Assembly (NCBI RefSeq): GCF_022558725.1
Contig: NZ_CP060892.1
Direction: 5' to 3' (one strand)
DNA from: Escherichia coli
GTDB taxonomy: Bacteria; Pseudomonadota; Gammaproteobacteria; Enterobacterales; Enterobacteriaceae
Length of the DNA stretch: 40,000 bases
Both the position numbers and the translations under genes were made by a program. Shown here piece by piece: positions 10,104 to 17,243 of this stretch. The notes under the pieces are model-generated. The model ran no database searches, was not told the DNA's origin, and saw only the letters and a program-made list of their open reading frames with translations. The stretch's first letter is position 1. Every line of letters begins with the position of its first letter.

Positions 10104-10140
10104 CAGTGAGAAATAAAATTTTATGATGACACTCACTGTC
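10102..10140 (+). other. Inverted repeat giving a potential 5' leader hairpin for transcripts from the 10081 promoter
   Basis: GACAGTGAG (10102-10110) and CTCACTGTC (10132-10140), 9-bp perfect arms, 21-nt loop. Confidence 0.5.
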
Positions 10141-10353
10141 CCTATGCACACTTCACGCTGGCGCAGTTAGCACCGCTGACAATCAGCATTCCTTTAACCG
10201 TAACTCATCGCATCCTTTCAGGGGCGGGATGGCCACATACAGACGAACACAGCGGAGACATTATGTCACTGCTTCCCGGTTCTTCTAGGTCAGTCGATGA
10301 GTGAATAGCAAATAGTCTTTATACTAATAATAGACACGAGCCTGCAGGGGCTA

Positions 10354-10459
10354 ACTTAAAGTTTTACTTAAAGACCATTAAGATACTTATAGTTTAAATA
10401 ATAGATTAATTAAAAGATAACTATTGGAACTTTGAGTATTACCCCAAGTGAACTTAAAG
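10354..10459 (+). repeat. A/T-rich non-coding tract with three ACTTAAAG copies
   Basis: ACTTAAAG at 10354-10361, 10366-10373 and 10452-10459 inside an A/T-rich tract flanked by phage promoters. Confidence 0.45.
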
Positions 10460-10541
10460 AGGTGATGATATTTATCATTAATAATCACCATACTCTGGGC
10501 CACTCACAGTCCTCTGTGTCTCCAGCGGTCAGCCCTTGGAT

Positions 10542-10564
10542 AATTAGGTAGCACTATAGGGAGA
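10542..10564 (+). promoter_or_regulatory. Phage single-subunit RNAP promoter of a third specificity
   Basis: AATTAGGTAGCACTATAGGGAGA; same core as the other promoters, but TAG replaces GCA in the specificity block. Confidence 0.8.
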
Positions 10565-11077
10565 CGGTCTGAATACCACTTCGCTAGCGCAGCTAGTGCT
10601 GCTGTCAACACATGGTTCTCTTTCTGTACAACCGTCAGTCCTCACCCGAAGCCTACTCTGGGCATGGCTCCTTGCCGATGCGCTGATGTACCTCATTGTG
10701 AAATCTTTAGGTAGTAATCAACGCCAGACAACTGGCAACATCGTGTGTATCAGCTTTGGGCCATGAACCCAGAGACGCTTCTGGTGCGGATTTACCGCCA
10801 CTCGCACCACCACCAGCAGTGCTAGCTGCGCCAGCCATTGAACATCATACAGGGTCTCCGGTCACACATGACGTGCCGCCCCTGAGTTGGTCCGACTGGT
10901 CCTCACCTATTCGGTCTTCACACGACCACCAATACCGCCAGACCTTCTGCCACCTTAGCAATCACAAAGTCATTCTGTCTGCATCCTGTCGCCTGCTGGT
11001 CTCCCTTTACGTGGGGACTTTGTGTAGGTCAGCAGGGTGTGACTTCAGGATGCAAACAAAATGGAGTACACGTAAAT

Positions 11078-11569
11078 ATGAGTAATCAACAACTATCAGC
11101 CAACCAAATCGCCTACCTTAACCGCGCTATGTCAGACGGTAATGGCCTCATCGAAATCGGTGAGTTGGCTCGGGGTCTTGGTAAACGACCTGACAACGTT
11201 AAGCGTAAACTGGAGAGAATCTTCCCGGAGGATCATTTACTCAATCTGAGGAAAAGATATAAAGCCTCAATTGGTAAGGGGGCATCGCGGGAGATTGAAA
11301 CTTACATGCTCGACTACAAGACCGCTGGCGCTCTCGCTATGTCATATGACGGTATGTTAGGCATTGAGGTCTTAACCATTCTTGAGGACTCCCTGAGCAC
11401 CATCCAAGCGATGACCATCCAAGCCGCAAAAGATAACTCCGCTGGCGTCCTTAAGGCCGCTGCTGGCTTCCGTGAGCGGTACCGTGAGCGCTTGGTGTTC
11501 CGTCCGGGTGCCTCCGAAAACGAGGACCGCAGCGTTGCCCTTAAGCGCCTTGGACGTAAGGGTCTGTAA
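11078..11569 (+). CDS. Small phage-like protein, Rha/antirepressor-like (tentative)
   Basis: 163 aa from the internal ATG; ELARGLGKRPDNVKRKLERIF...EIETYMLDYKTAGALAMSYDG resembles the Rha regulatory protein layout. Confidence 0.5.
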   Translation: MSNQQLSANQIAYLNRAMSDGNGLIEIGELARGLGKRPDNVKRKLERIFPEDHLLNLRKRYKASIGKGASREIETYMLDYKTAGALAMSYDGMLGIEVLTILEDSLSTIQAMTIQAAKDNSAGVLKAAAGFRERYRERLVFRPGASENEDRSVALKRLGRKGL

Positions 11570-11571
11570 TC

Positions 11572-11802
11572 ATGAAGACCCTACCGCCAGACCTACCGCC
11601 CACTTACAGTGTAGACGTGAAGATTGACCCCCGGACACCTGAAGGCCGTAAAGCTATGCGCCTACTGGATGTGCCTACAGCCATACTCGTAGCCGCGCTG
11701 GGTCTCCCGCCGAAGCACACCCGGCCCGATATGTATTACTCGAAAGGTGCGCTATGTCTCATGGCGACCGCTGAAGGGTTGACCCCGATGGACTTCAAGT
11801 AA
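11572..11802 (+). CDS. Small hypothetical protein
   Basis: 76 aa ORF starting 2 nt after the previous stop, same strand, inside the promoter-driven block. Confidence 0.55.
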   Translation: MKTLPPDLPPTYSVDVKIDPRTPEGRKAMRLLDVPTAILVAALGLPPKHTRPDMYYSKGALCLMATAEGLTPMDFK

Positions 11803-11925
11803 GCCACTAGCCGCAGCAATACCACATTATCACCACTCTTTTGAACTGACCGATGCGGGGAGACCGCAGGGCTAGCCGTGCCTGTGAGACCGATAAGTTC
11901 AACCATTTCAAAGGAGAATCAAATT

Positions 11926-12336
11926 ATGTCTATTTCATACCGTAAGCTCGACATCAACCTGAGTGCCGACAAAGAGACCGTGCTGGTCTTCGGCCAAGAG
12001 ATGTCCACCAAGTATTTCACTGAGATTGTAGTGACCTCAATGCTGAACGGTCTGCCTGCCCTGAGCGCAGGAGCACACGCCATCCTGACTTCCCTGCATG
12101 CTGCTGGTCTTAACGCTAATGACTACGGGGCATATTCCCGAGCATGGGCTGAGAGCAACGCAGAGGCACGCCGAGAGGCTGAGCGTCAGCGCATTGAGAA
12201 CGAGAAAGACCGTCAGCGCATCGCCGCTATGTATGCAACCCCTGAAGAAATCGCTAAAGAGGCCGCAGAGCGTAAGGAACGTAAGGCAGAACTTGAGCGT
12301 CGCTTCAGCCGTAAAGGCGCTGCATTCGGTCTGTAA
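11926..12336 (+). CDS. Charged helical protein upstream of the capsid gene, possible scaffold or assembly protein
   Basis: 136 aa from ATG after AAAGGAGAA; C-terminal half EARREAERQRIENEKDRQRI...EEIAKEAAERKERKAELERRFSRKG is strongly charged and helical; directly precedes the capsid-like gene. Confidence 0.55.
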   Translation: MSISYRKLDINLSADKETVLVFGQEMSTKYFTEIVVTSMLNGLPALSAGAHAILTSLHAAGLNANDYGAYSRAWAESNAEARREAERQRIENEKDRQRIAAMYATPEEIAKEAAERKERKAELERRFSRKGAAFGL

Positions 12337-12430
12337 GTTCAACGGACTAATGGCACTGTGGGTCAGAACTCATGGTGCCATACCGCTACCAACATCAATC
12401 TCACTCAAATTAAATACAAGGAGGCATCCC

Positions 12431-13558
12431 ATGCCAGAAGTAAAACGTATCGACTCGAACAATTCAAAGATTAAACACACCGACGAACTCCGCGCCCACC
12501 TGCTGGATAGAGAAGGTAACAAGATTCCGTACAGCGTCTTTGGTACTGACACGACGCGCACCGAGATTATCTCTCAGGCTGACGGTACAGGCGAGATCAT
12601 TAATGTTGGCTTCACTGACCGCTCAGGCCGCCCGCAGGCGTTCGGTAATGACGTGACTGATTACGTTCAGGCCCTTGAGTCTGCACTTGATGAGACGCTT
12701 AATGATGGTGATTTTATCGATGGGTTGAATACCGAAGTATTCCCCTGTGAGCAGCGCCCATTTGCTACTCTACCGACTCCGATTAACCGTGAGACCCTGA
12801 CCGATCGCACCGTCCGCTTCCTGTCCAACGGCGTGTATAACCCAGCGAAGAACGCCCCGACCACTAAGGTGAAAGGCGGTCAGACCCTGATGGTTAACCC
12901 TGTGATTGCCGATAAGGACGCTAAAGAAACTGGTATTCTGTGTTCAGCGATTACCCATGTGTCCGACTTTGCGATGATGGGCGGCTGGACTGGCGCTGGT
13001 CTGATGGCTACGGCTACCGATATGGTTGACCAGTATCTGCGTAACATGACCTCTAAAGTTGTCGATGTGCTGCTGGATGCTCCAGACCTTCAGTCAACCA
13101 AAGTGGGCGCATTGTCTGGCAAAGCGTCAGCACAAGCCGATGACATTCTGGATGCTGTAGCGGTGAACCTGCCTTTCTACCTTGGCTCCTCACTGACCGA
13201 TTACACTCTACTGGTCCCAGAGAAGTACGAAGCTATCCTCAATCGTGCAGCTCAGAAAGCGGGTATGACCGAGATTAGCGAACTGGTAGGCACTGCCGTT
13301 GCGCCTTACAGTGGTGATGACCGTGGCGTTATCATTCTACCGAAGAAGTACGCTATGTTATCTTTCCGTTCAACCCGTAGTGGCGACCTCGTTAACGTGT
13401 TGGTTACTCGTGACGCTAACCGTGCAGGCTATGATGTCGAACTGGTAGGCGCACTAGATGTCATGGCAACGGGCACCGTTAAGGTTAAGACCGGGGCGTT
13501 CGACACTGAGGCGGCTGCTAGTTATCCGTTGGTCCACGTCCTGAAGTTTGAAGACTAA
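12431..13558 (+). CDS. Probable phage major capsid (coat) protein
   Basis: 375 aa, SD AAGGAGG then ATG. Capsid-like C-terminal half (YTLLVPEKYEAILNRAAQKAG...VIILPKKYAMLSFRSTRSGDLVNVLVTRDANRAGYDVELVGALDVMATGTVKVKTGAFD). Confidence 0.65.
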   Translation: MPEVKRIDSNNSKIKHTDELRAHLLDREGNKIPYSVFGTDTTRTEIISQADGTGEIINVGFTDRSGRPQAFGNDVTDYVQALESALDETLNDGDFIDGLNTEVFPCEQRPFATLPTPINRETLTDRTVRFLSNGVYNPAKNAPTTKVKGGQTLMVNPVIADKDAKETGILCSAITHVSDFAMMGGWTGAGLMATATDMVDQYLRNMTSKVVDVLLDAPDLQSTKVGALSGKASAQADDILDAVAVNLPFYLGSSLTDYTLLVPEKYEAILNRAAQKAGMTEISELVGTAVAPYSGDDRGVIILPKKYAMLSFRSTRSGDLVNVLVTRDANRAGYDVELVGALDVMATGTVKVKTGAFDTEAAASYPLVHVLKFED

Positions 13559-13565
13559 CCCTATG

Positions 13566-13591
13566 AACCCTTGGAGGAGACTCTGAGGGTT
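13566..13591 (+). terminator. 11-bp stem with GAGA tetraloop just downstream of the capsid gene, candidate phage-RNAP terminator or processing site
   Basis: AACCCTTGGAG-GAGA-CTCTGAGGGTT, 11 pairs including 2 G-U wobbles, 7 nt after the capsid stop. Confidence 0.45.
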
Positions 13592-13638
13592 TATGATGTG
13601 TTATGATATAACATACCAAATAAGGGCAAGGAGGCGCT

Positions 13639-13704
13639 ATGTCAAACCTGATGCTGCTCTATCTAGTCCTCCTTCTGGTGTATTACGTAGTGGAGGAGTT
13701 TTAA
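13639..13704 (+). CDS. Very small hydrophobic peptide
   Basis: 21 aa MSNLMLLYLVLLLVYYVVEEF with SD AAGGAGG upstream. Confidence 0.45.
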   Translation: MSNLMLLYLVLLLVYYVVEEF

Positions 13705-13980
13705 GAAATCATCACAAAAATCTGAGGGGGTATGTAATAGTTCCCTTGTGAGTAATTCCCCCCGTACTGCTTCTTACAGTCACAGCTATCTCTTTGAATC
13801 TTTCTAAAGGAGAAGGGCTGCACGTCTTACCTCAGGTTCTATTCCCGTTATTCGCTTCGCTCATGCTATGGGTATCTAACTGCGGGTATTGACCAGAGAT
13901 CACTCAATGTGTAACCTACTATGCAACCTCATGGATTCATGAATCTTTAAGAAACAGAAGGTTAGCTACTTGTCCTCGGC

Positions 13981-13997
13981 TCCCTTCGCCCGCTCCA
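13981..13997 (+). repeat. Right attachment core (att)
   Basis: TCCCTTCGCCCGCTCCA, identical to the tRNA-Gly 3' end. Confidence 0.88.
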
Positions 13998-15179
13998 ATT
14001 TATCTTCGCCGTAATACTTCCCCATTTTGTTGTAAATAAAAAGCGTTTACGCAATGCAATCCTTTTGTAACAACCCAGGTAAAACACCTTATTTTCAAGT
14101 TGTTAAATAAGTGGTTATCTACGCTTTTAACAAACGATTGATGGAATATTTTATGAAAGGGAAATCTGCATTAACTCTTCTGCTCGCTGGTATATTTTCG
14201 TGCGGCACATGCCAGGCGACAGGGGCAGAAGTGACGAGTGAATCTGTATTTAACATTCTTAATTCCACGGGGGCAGCAACAGATAAAAGTTATTTATCGT
14301 TAAATCCAGATAAGTATCCTAATTATCGTCTTCTGATTCACTCAGCCAAATTACAAAATGAAATAAAGAGCCACTATACCAAAGACGAAATTCAAGGATT
14401 GCTAACATTAACAGAAAACACACGAAAGTTAACGTTGACGGAGAAACCCTGGGGAACGTTTATTCTTGCTTCTACTTTCGAAGATGACAAAACAGCGGCA
14501 GAAACCCACTATGATGCTGTCTGGTTGAGGGATAGTTTATGGGGCTATATGGCATTAGTATCAGATCAGGGAAATAGTGTAGCCGCAAAAAAGGTTCTGC
14601 TCACCCTGTGGGATTATATGTCTACGCCCGACCAGATTAAGCGGATGCAGGACGTCATTAGCAACCCAAAACGACTGGATGGAATTCCCGTGCAAATGAA
14701 TGCTGTGCATATCCGATTTGACAGCAACTCCCCCGTGATGGCAGATGTGCAGGAAGAAGGCAAGCCGCAGCTGTGGAACCATAAACAAAATGATGCTTTA
14801 GGTCTTTACCTTGATCTCCTTATACAAGCAATCAACACTGGTACTATTAACGCTGAAGATTGGCAAAAAGGTGACCGATTAAAGTCGGTTGCGCTGCTGA
14901 TTGCTTATCTGGATAAAGCCAATTTCTATGTTATGGAAGATTCCTGAGCATGGGAAGAAGATGCCCGATTAAACACATCTTCCGTTGCACTGGTGACCTC
15001 TGGACTGGAACGTTTGTCAAACCTACTCTCGAAGAAAGACTCTGTTTTTGTCTCTGATTTACTACGCGAAGCTAAAGTCAATGAACTGGATGAAACTCTT
15101 TCAACAACGAGGTTGAACCACCTCATAGATAAAGGTTATGAAAGAATAACGTTACAGCTTGATTTAGGGGGAGAATCCC

Positions 15180-16516
15180 ATAAGCGCTAACTTAAGGGTT
15201 GAACCATCTGAAGAATGCGACGCCTCGGTGCCTCGTTAAGACGATGCCTCGCGTTCTTCAATTGCGTTTTGTAGGCTGTCAGGGATACTGTCCCACGAAT
15301 GGCCACCTGTAAGCTCCAGATGACCATTTTTGTTATTCTCCACAACGAGTTAGTTCTTCTTTTCGGATCCGGCACTTCTGGGGGGGAAATCCAGCGATGG
15401 CTGGATTATGTCGTCAATTAAAAATGCGGCGAGTAGATTAGCAAATATCCACGCTTTCGCGAGTTCAGGTTCCTTTGCACGCAAAGCATCCAGGTGCAGC
15501 AAACTTTTGAGCCGCTTAAAAGCCAGTTCAATTTGCCATCGCAGACGGTAACAATCAGCCACTTGCTCTGCTGAATATTCATCTTCCGGTAATGATGTTA
15601 GCAATAGCAAATGGCCCGCTGCTTCCAGCGTTTCCGCCTGAACTACTCGTCCTTTTCGACGATTCTCGCTGAGCAGTCGGGTTTTACTGATTAATGCTTT
15701 TTCGGGAGGAAGTGATACGGCAATGAGACGTGCCGGAAAGGGAGCTCCGGCTTTTTTATTACCTGAATTGCCTATCATTACAGTGGTTTCACCGTTCTTA
15801 CCGCAATCCAGCCCGCGCAGAAAACCCATCATGTCAAAGCGCATTCCTTCTGCAGTTAACCAGCGCAATCCTCGCCAGTGAACCCGGACGATATAATCAG
15901 CTTCTCCAAAAGCAAGTGAGCGGATACATTCGGGACGCGAACCGAATCCCCGGTCAGCAATGCGTATCTCGTCTGCCGTTTGCGCAAATCGGTCCAGCCG
16001 TTCAGCGTCTCTGCTGTCGGTTAGCTCAAAATCAGTGAACTGACAGGTATGAGGATCATATCCCATATGTAGTCGCCATTCAGCGCTGCCGCCCCCGGGC
16101 GCACTGATTGCTGTTCCATCGACAAGACGCAATCTCTTTCCGCTTGTACAACCCGTAACTGCGGCGCGTACAGCAAGTGTTTGTGCGGCAAGTATGCCAA
16201 ACCAGTCGGCGGCATTCCGCAGCCGCTTCAGGAGAGCCACGTCAGATAATGTTGCAACGTCATGGAGCTGAGCCCATGCAGTGACTTCACGTAATGACAT
16301 CCCCCCGGGGCCGTAAGCCAGCCCCAGACGTAGCAGAGTTGCAGCATCACGAATTTCGCGGCGGCGGGTTAGAGCCCCGGCATTACGTGCCGAAGTATCC
16401 AGTTCTTCGGGCTTACCAATATGGGCCAGAATTGCTGACCAGTTATCGTGAGAGTAATTCATCGGCACGTTAAATCATATCAGGCGTAATACCACAACCC
16501 TTAAGTTAGCGCTTAT
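15180..16516 (-). mobile_element. IS186/IS421-type insertion sequence (IS4 family), 1337 bp
   Basis: Terminal inverted repeats ATAAGCGCTAACTTAAGGGTT / AACCCTTAAGTTAGCGCTTAT; flanked by GGGGAGAATCCC on both sides (15168-15179, 16517-16528). Confidence 0.93.
15350..16468 (-). CDS. IS186/IS421 transposase
   Basis: 372 aa DDE transposase MNYSHDNWSAILAHIGKPEELDTSARNAGALTRRREIRDAATLLRLG... Confidence 0.93.
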   Translation of the reverse strand: MPMNYSHDNWSAILAHIGKPEELDTSARNAGALTRRREIRDAATLLRLGLAYGPGGMSLREVTAWAQLHDVATLSDVALLKRLRNAADWFGILAAQTLAVRAAVTGCTSGKRLRLVDGTAISAPGGGSAEWRLHMGYDPHTCQFTDFELTDSRDAERLDRFAQTADEIRIADRGFGSRPECIRSLAFGEADYIVRVHWRGLRWLTAEGMRFDMMGFLRGLDCGKNGETTVMIGNSGNKKAGAPFPARLIAVSLPPEKALISKTRLLSENRRKGRVVQAETLEAAGHLLLLTSLPEDEYSAEQVADCYRLRWQIELAFKRLKSLLHLDALRAKEPELAKAWIFANLLAAFLIDDIIQPSLDFPPRSAGSEKKN

Positions 16517-17124
16517 GGGGAGAATCCCCAGGTTATCTGGAAAAAGATAAACATTACAGAGAAGCCGATGCGGCTTTACTTAATGTTATTTATCCTACAA
16601 ATCTTTCAAAGATAAACACCAGAAGAAAAGAGCAAGTTCTAAAAATAGTTAAAAAACTAGCAGGTCCGTATGGTATAAAAAGATACGAGAAGGATAATTA
16701 TCAGTCGGCAAATTTTTGGTTCAATGATATTAAAACCGATACCGATCAAAATTCGCATGCAAAAAGAGAAAAGAGCTTCATTCCATCAACAGAAGCAGAA
16801 TGGTTTTTTGACTCATGGTATGCAAAATCAGCAGCAATTGTTTATAAAGAATCAAGAAAAGAAGAGTATTTGAATGACTCAGTACAATTTATGAATAGAT
16901 CATTGGCCCAAATAACAGGCGAGAATATGATTGGTGCAAATGGCAGGAGCGTACCAGAAATGGCACTTCCCGAAAGCTATAACTATATCCACAAGTCGGG
17001 AACTTTGCATGAAGCGCCAAGCCCTATCATTCCGCTAAATTGGTCGAAAGCTTCAATGACTCTCATGTTGAAAGAGATGTCCAACCTTATCAATGATGAG
17101 GGAATTAAATAGTTTTCATAATGA

Positions 17125-17241
17125 GTTACAGCACAACGTTGGGTATTGACTGAGCAAGATGAACGACAAGGACAACGACATCAGCCTTATGAGGAGCAAG
17201 AAAATGAAAGCAAATTCGAAAACGATCAGAAGGATGAAAGT
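17125..17241 (+). pseudogene. C-terminal remnant probably of the ETT2 gene eivJ (SpaN/InvJ-like)
   Basis: Open frame VTAQRWVLTEQDERQGQRHQPYEEQENESKFENDQKDES* ends immediately before epaO without an upstream start. Confidence 0.45.
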
Positions 17242-17243
17242 TA

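Larger units (their letters stand above)
7585..13997. mobile_element. Integrative element in glyU, candidate satellite of T7-group phages with its own capsid gene
   Basis: 17-bp direct repeat TCCCTTCGCCCGCTCCA at 7585-7601 (tRNA 3' end) and 13981-13997. Tyrosine integrase next to the tRNA, phage-type RNAP promoters and capsid-like gene inside. Confidence 0.85.
14156..17110 (+). pseudogene. Secreted glycoside hydrolase (GH15/glucoamylase-like), disrupted by an in-frame TGA and by IS186/IS421
   Basis: Signal peptide MKGKSALTLLLAGIFSCGTCQA, motif HYDAVWLRDSLWGYMAL. TGA at 14945-14947 (EDS*AWEEDARLN). Frame resumes after the IS (LGGESPGYLEKDKHYREADAALLNVIYPTNLSK) and ends MLKEMSNLINDEGIK. Confidence 0.75.

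Noticed and set aside
10756-11085. 109 aa ORF in the non-coding part of the element
   Set aside because: Low-complexity proline/alanine start, no convincing ribosome site, overlaps the better-supported 11078 ORF; treated as probably non-coding.
12098-12430. N-terminal extension of the capsid ORF (486 aa version)
   Set aside because: The extension overlaps the 11926-12336 ORF in another frame; ATG at 12431 has a strong Shine-Dalgarno sequence and is the likely start.
12370-12864. Antisense ORFs within the capsid gene
   Set aside because: Short, no recognisable domain, shadow ORFs of a long coding frame.
7585-13997. Ordinary degraded T7-like prophage
   Set aside because: T7-group phages are usually lytic, no polymerase, terminase or tail fragments are present, and the genes seen are intact and compact rather than a decayed remnant.
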